A program made the translations under genes and the position numbers. Under the pieces are notes generated by a model. That model was not told the DNA's origin and made no database searches. It saw only the letters and a list, made by a program, of their open reading frames with translations. Shown piece by piece: positions 56,302-64,000 of a DNA stretch of 64,000 nt; the stretch's first letter is position 1, and each line of letters begins with the position of its first letter. Source of the DNA: Myxococcota bacterium (GTDB lineage Bacteria; Myxococcota_A; UBA9160; SZUA-336). The DNA lies in assembly GCA_046754285.1 (NCBI GenBank), contig JBHHVJ010000001.1:5056-69055 (forward strand). Direction: 5' to 3'.

Positions 56302-57627
56302 TTGCGCGGACTGTGGATCCTCGTGGTCATCCTGGCAGGAAGCCTGACCGGCTATCTCGTCACCCGCTTCGAGGGCCGGGAGCCGGGGGTCCAAACGCAG
56401 CTCGGACCCATGTACGTGGGCGACCAGCACACCCACGAGTTCCGGGTCAGTGACGAGGGGACGGGCCTCGAGAGCGTGCGCGTCTGGCTGAGCCAGGGGG
56501 ACCGTCGCCAGGAGATCTTCGCGCAGGAGTTCGCAGGCAACCTCTTCACGGGCGCGGAGCTCGAGGAGCCCCGTGCGATTCGGGTGACTCTGAAGACCGG
56601 CGAGCTCGGCCTGACGGAAGGCCGTGCGATGCTGCACCTCGAAGCGGCGGACTACTCCTGGCGCGGCAACCGCACCCACGTGGAGATTCCGCTGGTGATC
56701 GATACGCGTGCGCCTCGCATCCAGCTGCGCAGCGGTCTGACGTACGCGCGCCGAGGCGGCGCGGAGCTCGCGGTCTACTCGATCGATGAGGAGAAGGTCG
56801 AGGACGGCGTGGAGCTCGGCGAGCTGCGTTTCCCAGGCTTCCCACACCCCGAGGACGCGAGCCTCCGCGTGTCGTTCTACGCCATCCCGTACGATGTCGA
56901 TCCACGGCTGACGCCCAGGGTCTTCGCCGTGGACCGGGCGGGCAACCGCAGCGAGCTGCCGCTGCCCGTTCGCATGGTGGAGCGGAGCTTTCCGAACGAC
57001 GAGATCGAGCTCTCCGACGGGTTCATGAGCCGAAAGGTCGCCGAGCTGCTCGGCCGGAATTCCACCGGCACCCTCGAGGGCTATCTGAAGCTCAACGACG
57101 AGATGCGCCACGAGAACGCCCGAAAGGTCTTCAAGATCTGCCAGCGCTCGAGCGAGGACCGGCTCTGGAGCGGTGCGTTCAAGCAGCTTCCCGGCTCGCG
57201 CGTAGGAGCCCGCTTCGCGGAGAAGCGGAAGTACCGCTACCAGGGAAGCATCGTCGATCGTCAGACCCACCTGGGGTACGACCTGGCCTCCACGGCGCAC
57301 GCCACGGTTCCCGCCGCAAACGACGGGGTCGTCGTCTACTCGGACCCGCTCGGCATCTACGGAAACACCGTGATCCTGGATCATGGCCTGGGGCTCTTCA
57401 CGCTCTACGGACATCTTTCGGACTTCGCCGTGCAGACGGGACAGGCCGTTCACCAGGGCGAGCCGCTCGGCCACACGGGCACGACGGGTCTGGCGGGCGG
57501 GGACCACCTCCACTTCTCCGTCCTCGTGAGCGGAGTCTTCGTGGACCCGCTCGAGTGGTTCGACGCGCGCTGGATCCGCGAGCACGTCGAGCCCAAGCTC
57601 GGTGCGGCCGTGCGCGAAGCCCTCTGA
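56302..57627 (+). CDS. M23-family (LytM-type) metallopeptidase
   Basis: 'HLGYDLAS' and 'GHTGTTGLAGGDHLHFSV' (HxxxD / HxH motifs), plus an N-terminal TM helix. Confidence 0.85.
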   Translation: MRGLWILVVILAGSLTGYLVTRFEGREPGVQTQLGPMYVGDQHTHEFRVSDEGTGLESVRVWLSQGDRRQEIFAQEFAGNLFTGAELEEPRAIRVTLKTGELGLTEGRAMLHLEAADYSWRGNRTHVEIPLVIDTRAPRIQLRSGLTYARRGGAELAVYSIDEEKVEDGVELGELRFPGFPHPEDASLRVSFYAIPYDVDPRLTPRVFAVDRAGNRSELPLPVRMVERSFPNDEIELSDGFMSRKVAELLGRNSTGTLEGYLKLNDEMRHENARKVFKICQRSSEDRLWSGAFKQLPGSRVGARFAEKRKYRYQGSIVDRQTHLGYDLASTAHATVPAANDGVVVYSDPLGIYGNTVILDHGLGLFTLYGHLSDFAVQTGQAVHQGEPLGHTGTTGLAGGDHLHFSVLVSGVFVDPLEWFDARWIREHVEPKLGAAVREAL

Positions 57628-57636
57628 GGGGGCACC

Positions 57637-58740
57637 GTGGCAACCGGGCTCTCCGACGAGCTGCGACGCACGATGCCCGACCGCCTGATGCGCTGGTATG
57701 CGCGCACCCGACGTGATCTTCCCTGGCGGCGGACCCGGGATCCGTATCGGATTTGGCTCTCGGAGACGATGCTCCAGCAGACCCGCGTGGAGACGGCCAT
57801 CCCCTACTACGAGCGCTTCCTCGAGCGCTTCCCCTCACTGGAGCACCTGGCGGTCGCCGACGAGGAGGACGTGCTTCGCGAGTGGTCGGGCCTCGGCTAC
57901 TACGCACGGGCCCGAAACCTGAGGCACGCGGCCCGGCAGGTTCTCCGCGAGCACGGCGGAGAGCTGCCGCGCGACGCAGCGGCGCTGCGCCGGCTTCCCG
58001 GAGTGGGTGCGTACACCGCGGGCGCGATCCGAAGCATCGCCTTCCGGGAGCCGGCGGCGATCGTCGACGGGAACATCGAACGGGTGCTCTCGCGCCTGCT
58101 GGCCCGACGGCGCATCCCAGGGGCCCGGATCTGGCGGCTGGCGGCGGAGCTGGTGCCGACCCACCGCCCGGACCTCTACAACCAAGCGCTGATGGAGCTG
58201 GGGGCCCGGCTCTGCTCGCCACGCCGCCCGGCCTGCGATCGTTGCCCGCTGCGCTCCAGCTGCCGGGCGTACGCGGCCGGGTGTCCCGAGCGCTACCCCG
58301 CTCCCCGGCGTCGGACGGCCCCGCTCGCGGTCCACGCCCTGGCCGGCGTGCTCGTGCAACGCGCTCGCGTGCTGCTGCTCCGGCGGCCCTCCCGGGGGCT
58401 GCTCGGCGGTCTCTGGGAGCTGCCGTGCTGCGAGGTACGGCGGACCGCGGTGCTGGTCGAGGGGCTCCAGGAGCGAACGGGCCTCGTGACCCGCGTCGGC
58501 CCGCGCCTGGGAACCGTCCGTCATGCCTTCAGCCACCGCGCGCTGGAGCTCGACGTGGTACGGTTGGAGCGTGTCTCCGGTCGCCTGTGGCCGGGCCCGG
58601 ATGCTCGCTGGTGCAACGCCCGGGCGCTCGCGGATCTTCCGCTCTCGGTGCTCATGCACAAGGCACTCGAGCAGGCTGCGTGGGAGCCCGCACGGACGCG
58701 GCCGGCCGGTCGCAGGGCCGCGGAGACCGCCCGACCATGA
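57637..58740 (+). CDS. mutY: A/G-specific adenine DNA glycosylase
   Basis: 'LPWRRTRDPYRIWLSETMLQQTRV', 'GLGYYARARNL', Fe-S cysteines 'C.PRRPACDRCPL...C', and a C-terminal NUDIX-like domain. Confidence 0.9.
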   Translation: MATGLSDELRRTMPDRLMRWYARTRRDLPWRRTRDPYRIWLSETMLQQTRVETAIPYYERFLERFPSLEHLAVADEEDVLREWSGLGYYARARNLRHAARQVLREHGGELPRDAAALRRLPGVGAYTAGAIRSIAFREPAAIVDGNIERVLSRLLARRRIPGARIWRLAAELVPTHRPDLYNQALMELGARLCSPRRPACDRCPLRSSCRAYAAGCPERYPAPRRRTAPLAVHALAGVLVQRARVLLLRRPSRGLLGGLWELPCCEVRRTAVLVEGLQERTGLVTRVGPRLGTVRHAFSHRALELDVVRLERVSGRLWPGPDARWCNARALADLPLSVLMHKALEQAAWEPARTRPAGRRAAETARP

Positions 58741-59321
58741 CGCCGCGAGACGATCCCCCCGACGACGAGCGAGCTCTCTTCGAGCAGCAGATGGCCGGCG
58801 TGCGTCGCATCGAACGGGACCGGCACCTGCCCGAGATCCAGCGACGGACCCCGGTGCCGCTGTCGGCGCGCGAGCGGGAGGCGCTGCGGGAGCTCGATCG
58901 GGTCGTGTCCGGGGAGCAGCCGCTCGAGCTGCACCAGACGGACGAGTTCCTCGAGGGAGCCGTGCCGGGTCTCGACCCTCGGGTGCGCAAGCAGCTCCGG
59001 AACGGGGAGTTCAGCGTGCAGGCCGATCTCGACCTGCATGGCCTCGACGCGGCAACTGCGCGAGTCGAGCTGGAACGCTTCGTCCTGGAGTGCCACGCCG
59101 AGGGGATGCGGTGCCTGCGCGTGGTCCATGGGCGGGGGCGCCGCTCCCCCGACGGGGTCCCCGTCCTGAAGCGGAGCATGCCGCGCTGGCTCTCGCGCGG
59201 GCCCGTGCGGGGCGTCGTCCTGGCGTTCACCAGCGCACAGCCCCACGACGGCGGCACGGGCGCCAGCTACCTGCTGCTGCGGCGGCGCGGCGGTCGCCCC
59301 TCGCGGCGGAGGCCCCTATGA
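58737..59321 (+). CDS. Smr-domain protein
   Basis: '[20 protein letters not shown]...[12 protein letters not shown]...[10 protein letters not shown]'. ATGA overlap with the mutY stop. Confidence 0.8.
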   Translation: MTPRDDPPDDERALFEQQMAGVRRIERDRHLPEIQRRTPVPLSAREREALRELDRVVSGEQPLELHQTDEFLEGAVPGLDPRVRKQLRNGEFSVQADLDLHGLDAATARVELERFVLECHAEGMRCLRVVHGRGRRSPDGVPVLKRSMPRWLSRGPVRGVVLAFTSAQPHDGGTGASYLLLRRRGGRPSRRRPL

Positions 59322-59328
59322 TTCCGCC

Positions 59329-60429
59329 GTGGCATCGAGCACAGGCCAGCTCTTTCGGGTCCACACGTGGGGCGAGTCGCACGGGGGCGGCGTCGGCGTC
59401 GTGATCGACGGCTGTCCGCCGCGCACCCCGCTGGCGGCCGAGGACATCCAGGTGGAGCTCGACCGGCGAAGACCCGGCCAGAGCCGCCTCACGACCCCCC
59501 GGCAGGAAGAGGATCGCGCCGAGATCCTCTCGGGCGTCTTCGACGGCCAGACGCTGGGCACGCCGATCCTGGTGATGGTCCGCAATCGCGATGCCCGGTC
59601 TGGAGCCTACGAGCCCCTGCGCGACGTGTACCGCCCCTCCCATGCGGACTACACCTACGAGGCGAAGTACGGCATCCGGGACTGGCAGGGCGGCGGGCGA
59701 GCCAGCGCCCGCGAGACGGTCGGGCGCGTGGCGGCCGGAGCCGTGGCCCGCCGCGTGCTCGAGCGGCAGGAGGGTCTGGAGAGCCTGGTGGGGTTCGTCA
59801 GCCAGATCCATACCCTGGAGACGAAGATCGACCCGCTCGACGTCACGCGCGAGCAGGTCGAGAGCCAGCTCACACGCTGCCCGGACCCCGAGGTCTCCGC
59901 CGAGATGGTGCGCCGCATCGAGGCGGCCCGGAGTCGTGGCGACTCCCTGGGGGGCGTCGTGACCTGCGTGGTCAAGGGCGTTCCCCCTGGGCTCGGCGAG
60001 CCCGTCTTCGACAAGCTCGAGGCCGACCTCGCCAAGGCGATCCTCTCGCTGCCCGCCTGCAAGGGCTTCGAGATCGGCTCGGGCTTCGCGGGCACGCGGC
60101 TTCACGGCAGCGAGCACAACGACCCGTTCTACGCCGAGAGCGGTCGCGTACGGACGCGCACGAATCGCTCCGGGGGCGTGCAGGGAGGAATCAGCAACGG
60201 TGAGCCAATCGTGCTGCGCGCGGCCTTCAAGCCCACCGCGACGATCCGTCGCGAGCAGGAGACCGTGACCCGGGAGCTGGAGGCCACGCGTCTGGAGGCC
60301 GGCGGCCGCCACGACCCGTGCGTCCTCCCGCGCGCCGTGCCCATGGTGGAGGCCATGGTGGCTCTCGTCCTCTGCGACCACCTGCTGCGGCAGCGGGCCC
60401 TCTGCGGTAGCCTGACGCCCCCGACCTGA
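59329..60429 (+). CDS. aroC: chorismate synthase
   Basis: '[23 protein letters not shown]', 'RRPGQS', '[10 protein letters not shown]' and 'RHDPCV'. Confidence 0.95.
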   Translation: MASSTGQLFRVHTWGESHGGGVGVVIDGCPPRTPLAAEDIQVELDRRRPGQSRLTTPRQEEDRAEILSGVFDGQTLGTPILVMVRNRDARSGAYEPLRDVYRPSHADYTYEAKYGIRDWQGGGRASARETVGRVAAGAVARRVLERQEGLESLVGFVSQIHTLETKIDPLDVTREQVESQLTRCPDPEVSAEMVRRIEAARSRGDSLGGVVTCVVKGVPPGLGEPVFDKLEADLAKAILSLPACKGFEIGSGFAGTRLHGSEHNDPFYAESGRVRTRTNRSGGVQGGISNGEPIVLRAAFKPTATIRREQETVTRELEATRLEAGGRHDPCVLPRAVPMVEAMVALVLCDHLLRQRALCGSLTPPT

Positions 60430-60476
60430 ACGGTCCGCTACAGGCCGGAAGGGTCGCGGCCGATCCACCGGGGAGT

Positions 60477-61490
60477 ATGCTGGACCTCGCGGCGCTGGGA
60501 ATCCTGGGCATCTTCGCGCTCGTGGGTGCGTTGCGTGGAACCCTCTCGAGCGCGCTCAAGATCGGATCCCTGCTGCTCGCCTACGGCGCCGGCCTTGCGG
60601 CCGCGCCGCGGCTGGGTCCCGAGCTCGCACGAGCGGTCGGCCTGCCCTCCCTGCTGGGCAGCGCCCTCGCCGGCACCCTCGCATTCGTCGTCGCGTACTT
60701 CGCCCTCGGCGTCCTCTCGACCCTGATCAAGCTGAGTGCGCGCCGCCGGCGCCCCAGACGCTCTCACGAGCCCCGCACGCTCGACCGCCTCGGAGGCGCT
60801 GCGCTCGGCGCCGCGCACGGTGCGATCGTCGTCCTGCTGCTGGGGCTCCTGGTCTCGTACGCGGAGGCCCTGAGCCGCACCGCCAGTGCCAGCCACCTTC
60901 CGAGCGTGCCCGGCGCGAGCCATTCCAGGCTCGTCACGGTCTCGCGCTCGCTGGCCCGACGCGGCGCCGAGGCCGCCTTCCGGGATGCGGGCACGGGCGG
61001 TCGGATGGCGGTGGAGCTCGTCGCGAATCCCGCCGAGACCATGGAGCGTCTCAAGAATCTGCTCGACAACGCTCGCATCAAGACGCTCCAGGAGGACCGG
61101 CTCTTCTGGAGCTACGTCGAGCACGGGGCGATCGACCAGGCGCTCAACCGCGTCAGCTTCATGGGGATCGCCCACGACGAGACGCTGCGCGGGCAGCTGG
61201 TCGAGATGGGCCTGGTGAGCGAGCCCGCACGCGCCGATCCGCGCCTCTTTCGTAGCGCGGCCCGGGACGTCCTCAAGCGCATCGGCCCACGGATCCAGCG
61301 CCTCAAGCAGGACCCGAGCTTCCGTGAGCTGGCCGAGGATCCAGCCATCGCACAGGCCCTGCGCTCGGGAGACACCATGGCCCTGCTCGGGCACCCCGGC
61401 TTCCGGCGCCTGATCCGCCTGGCGCTCGACCCACAGGCCCCTCCCGAGGCCTCAGGGGAGGATCGCGAAGCCGGCGACGCCAGCGGCTAG
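60477..61490 (+). CDS. CvpA-family membrane protein with a long C-terminal soluble extension
   Basis: N-terminal 'LDLAALGILGIFALVGALRG' and three further helices in CvpA arrangement. Confidence 0.65.
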   Translation: MLDLAALGILGIFALVGALRGTLSSALKIGSLLLAYGAGLAAAPRLGPELARAVGLPSLLGSALAGTLAFVVAYFALGVLSTLIKLSARRRRPRRSHEPRTLDRLGGAALGAAHGAIVVLLLGLLVSYAEALSRTASASHLPSVPGASHSRLVTVSRSLARRGAEAAFRDAGTGGRMAVELVANPAETMERLKNLLDNARIKTLQEDRLFWSYVEHGAIDQALNRVSFMGIAHDETLRGQLVEMGLVSEPARADPRLFRSAARDVLKRIGPRIQRLKQDPSFRELAEDPAIAQALRSGDTMALLGHPGFRRLIRLALDPQAPPEASGEDREAGDASG

Positions 61491-61859
61491 CGCCAGCAGC
61501 AGTCCAAGCGCGCCGAGCAGTGCGTGGATCTCCCGGCTCCCCGCATGCGGCCGCCGCTCCAGCCGCAGACCCAGCAGGCCGGCCAGCAGGAGGGCCGGTC
61601 CGGCCACCAGCACGAGACCGCCGTGAAAGGACTCGAAGAGCGGTCGACCCCGGAGCAGCCCCATGGAGGCCGCCCCCGCCCCGAAGCCGAGCACGACCAG
61701 CGGGACGAAGATCCGCGCCAGACGCCGGTGCCGAAGCGTGTCGTAGGAGCGCGCGGCGAGACGCGCGCGCCGGCCGCGCAAGCCCTCGCGGAGCACCAGC
61801 ACGCCGAGCGCGAGCACCACGAGCATCAGGGCGGGGTGCAGGTAGGCGAGCCAGCGCAT
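61452..61859 (-). CDS. small 4-TM membrane protein (DUF4079-like)
   Basis: 'MRWLAYLHPALMLVVLALGVL...' with conserved-looking His residues in the helices. Internal ATG 61859 of the long 61452..62621 ORF. Confidence 0.45.
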   Translation of the reverse strand: MRWLAYLHPALMLVVLALGVLVLREGLRGRRARLAARSYDTLRHRRLARIFVPLVVLGFGAGAASMGLLRGRPLFESFHGGLVLVAGPALLLAGLLGLRLERRPHAGSREIHALLGALGLLLALAAGVAGFAILP

Positions 61860-61925
61860 GGCGCGCGAGCGTACCGACGGGCGCCTGACTGGTCCACTCG
61901 CGGCGAGTCTGTTATCGGGAAGACG

Positions 61926-62777
61926 ATGGGGGAGACCGAGAGAGCCCGGCTGCGGGCGGCAGCGCTGCACCTGGATCGCTACCGCGCCGCGATCGAGGCG
62001 GAGGTGGACCGCCGATTGGGACGTTCGGAGCCCACGCCGCACGCGCGCCGCGAGATCGTGCGCCGCTTTCGCAGCTTCTGCCGGCTGGCAAGCGTCGATC
62101 CGCGCGTGGCGCGTCCCTCCCTCGACGGGCTGGGGGGCACACATCCAGCGGGTCTCGAGCAGGCCATCAGCCGGGCCGTGGAGGTGGCGTGCGAGTGCGG
62201 TCCATCCCCCGAGATCGCCGAGACGCTCCTCGCGCTGGGCGAGCGATTCCGGGCCGGAATACGTCAGCTCATGCAGCCGGCCGCCGATCGACACGCCGGT
62301 CGCGGCCGCCGGCGCCAGGCACCGGGCAAGCGGCGACGCGTGCGGGCCGCAATCGATCGGATCGGCGATGCCTACCTGGCGCTCTGCCTGGACACGGGAA
62401 AGGTCTTCGACGTGAACCCGGCTGCGGAGACGCTCTTTGCCAGCGAGCCGGGACACCTCCTGGAGCGCCCCCTGCTCGAGCTGGTGGCGCCGACCGATCG
62501 GGAGCGCTTCGCGGCCCTCGAGGCGCGGCTCGACGCCGGCGAGGACTCGGGCCCCGTGGACCTCTGGTTCCTGCGCGACTCCGGCGAGGCGGTGCGGGTG
62601 CAGCTCACGGTGGTTCAGCACACCATCGGTGCCCGTCGCCTGGCCATCCTGACCGCACGCGAGCCGTCCGGACCCGCGGCAGCTACTCGACCCGGATCAG
62701 CTGCGCCGGAGGAATGCGGGCCAACAGCGCTTCGACTGCCCGGCTCACGTAGGCCTCTTCGTGAGACTCGAGCGTGA
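61926..62777 (+). CDS. PAS-domain protein
   Basis: 'DAYLALCLDTGKVFDVNPAAETLFASEPGHLLERPLLELVAPTDRERF' has a PAS-like core. The 3' end overlaps the convergent gene by about 95 nt, so the true stop or frame of the tail is uncertain. Confidence 0.55.
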   Translation: MGETERARLRAAALHLDRYRAAIEAEVDRRLGRSEPTPHARREIVRRFRSFCRLASVDPRVARPSLDGLGGTHPAGLEQAISRAVEVACECGPSPEIAETLLALGERFRAGIRQLMQPAADRHAGRGRRRQAPGKRRRVRAAIDRIGDAYLALCLDTGKVFDVNPAAETLFASEPGHLLERPLLELVAPTDRERFAALEARLDAGEDSGPVDLWFLRDSGEAVRVQLTVVQHTIGARRLAILTAREPSGPAAATRPGSAAPEECGPTALRLPGSRRPLRETRA

Positions 62778-63411
62778 GCAAGGTGTGGTACTCATCGCCG
62801 CTCAGGCGGGGATAGCTGCCCAGCATGAGATCGGGGAACTCCTCGAGCAGCTCTCGCAACGGCTGAGCGATATCGCTCTCCATGCAGCGCACAAAGACCT
62901 GGCGCAGGTGAAAGCGCCGCCCCTTGAACTCCCCCCGCGCACCCACGAACTTCTTGCGCAGAAGCGATGGGATACCCGGAAAGATGTACACGTTTTGGTG
63001 TCGAACGAGCGGGAACCAGAGATCCGGCGTCTCGATCAGATCGGCTCCCTCGGGCAGTAGACACATCTTGAGGACGCTCTCGTTGGGCGTCTGACCCTTC
63101 AGGGCGTGGCGCAGCAGCTCCTCCATGCGCGGGTGCATGACGAGCTCGCAGCTGAACGCCCGTGCAACACCCTCCATCGTGACATCGTCGTGCGTGGGAC
63201 CCACACCCCCCGTCGTGATCACGTAGTCGTAGGTCTTCGCGAACCAGCGAACCTCGTCGGCGATCACGGCGATCTCGTCGGGGATGACATTGACGCGGTC
63301 GACGGAGACGCCGAGGCGGCGCAGCTCCGGGAGCAGGAACGGGAGGTTCTCGTCCGGCACTTTTCCCGACAGGATCTCGTTTCCGATGATGAGGATGCCA
63401 GCCGTGGACAC
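62683..63411 (-). CDS. CinA-N / MoCF-biosynthesis (molybdopterin-binding) domain protein
   Basis: 'AGILIIGNEILSGKVPDENLPFL' and 'YDYVITTGGVGPTHDDVTMEG'. Confidence 0.75.
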   Translation of the reverse strand: MSTAGILIIGNEILSGKVPDENLPFLLPELRRLGVSVDRVNVIPDEIAVIADEVRWFAKTYDYVITTGGVGPTHDDVTMEGVARAFSCELVMHPRMEELLRHALKGQTPNESVLKMCLLPEGADLIETPDLWFPLVRHQNVYIFPGIPSLLRKKFVGARGEFKGRRFHLRQVFVRCMESDIAQPLRELLEEFPDLMLGSYPRLSGDEYHTLLTLESHEEAYVSRAVEALLARIPPAQLIRVE

Positions 63412-63490
63412 GGGTCCCTCCAGCCACTGATCTTAGTCGCTCCCGGCGCGCCCCTTCAAGCGGCCGACCCGATGGCGTACCCTCACAGCG

Positions 63491-63793
63491 ATGCCGACGA
63501 TCCGCTTCGAGCCCCGCGGCACCGCGATCGAGGTGCCGCAAGGGACCCGGCTCATCGACGCGATCCGCGCGGCGGGCCTGCCCATCGCGCGCGCCTGCGG
63601 AGACGATCTGATCTGCGCCCTCTGCGGCGTTCACGTGCTCGAGGGCCGTGTGACCCGCGAATCGCGGAGCGAGCGCCGCAGCAAGGAACGCAACCGCATC
63701 CCGCCCGAACTCCGCCTTGCCTGCGCGTTGCGCGTGCACGATGATCTCGTGGTGACGGCGAGCTACTGGGGCGAGCGGGCGGACGCGCGCTGA
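63491..63793 (+). CDS. 2Fe-2S ferredoxin-like protein
   Basis: Beta-grasp-like N-terminus. Cys pattern 'C-x5-C-x2-C ...(32 residues)... C' ('ACGDDLICALCG ... LACAL'). Confidence 0.7.
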   Translation: MPTIRFEPRGTAIEVPQGTRLIDAIRAAGLPIARACGDDLICALCGVHVLEGRVTRESRSERRSKERNRIPPELRLACALRVHDDLVVTASYWGERADAR

Positions 63794-63870
63794 TCCGCGT
63801 CGCTCCCGGCGGCTCACGCCCCACAAGGCTGGGGAGCGGACGCTCGGCCGCACACGCAGCGAGGAGACCC

Positions 63871-64000
63871 CTTGGCACGGATCAACGATCACTACCTGAA
63901 GCTCGCCGCGGGCTACCTCTTTCCCGAGATCGTCCGGCGCGTGCGGCTCTACCAGGAGCGTCATCCCGAGGCACAGCTGATCCGGCTGGGCATCGGCGAT
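63871..64000 (+). CDS. dapL: LL-diaminopimelate aminotransferase, N-terminal part (continues beyond the window)
   Basis: TTG 63871 has AGGAG 5 nt upstream. '[23 protein letters not shown]' is the characteristic DapL N-terminus. Confidence 0.8.

Overview
High-GC bacterial chromosomal window, densely coded on both strands. I cannot assign a taxon from sequence alone; the gene content has a Myxococcota/Bdellovibrionota-like flavour. I found no rRNA, tRNA, CRISPR array, transposase or integrase. Most of the window is housekeeping: murQ (partial), gcdH, fabH, hflX, glmU, glmS, a UvrD/PcrA helicase, hpt, proS, rnd, pepP, acs, mutY, aroC and dapL (partial).

Parts worth a second look:
1. A glycosyltransferase, methyltransferase and SGNH-hydrolase island (about 456-8721) with duplicated modules.
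2. A GrdB/PrdB-family gene (24361-25122) interrupted by one in-frame TGA, followed by a SECIS-like hairpin. I read this as a probable selenoprotein.
3. An 81-aa histone-fold-like protein with a Lys/Ala-rich tail (28226-28471).
4. A 107-bp element with perfect 22-bp inverted termini (31420-31526).
5. A translationally coupled operon of a class-III aminotransferase, LuxE-like, LuxC-like and VOC genes (37509-41483), with no luciferase genes. It sits divergent from a GH35/42-like gene that may be catalytically dead.

Method and limits: all calls come from reading the translated ORFs, motif recall and manual inspection of the DNA. No database search was run. Family names are recognition-level assignments, and start codons are often uncertain. 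Many long ORFs in the supplied track are antisense or out-of-frame artefacts of the high GC content and were discarded.
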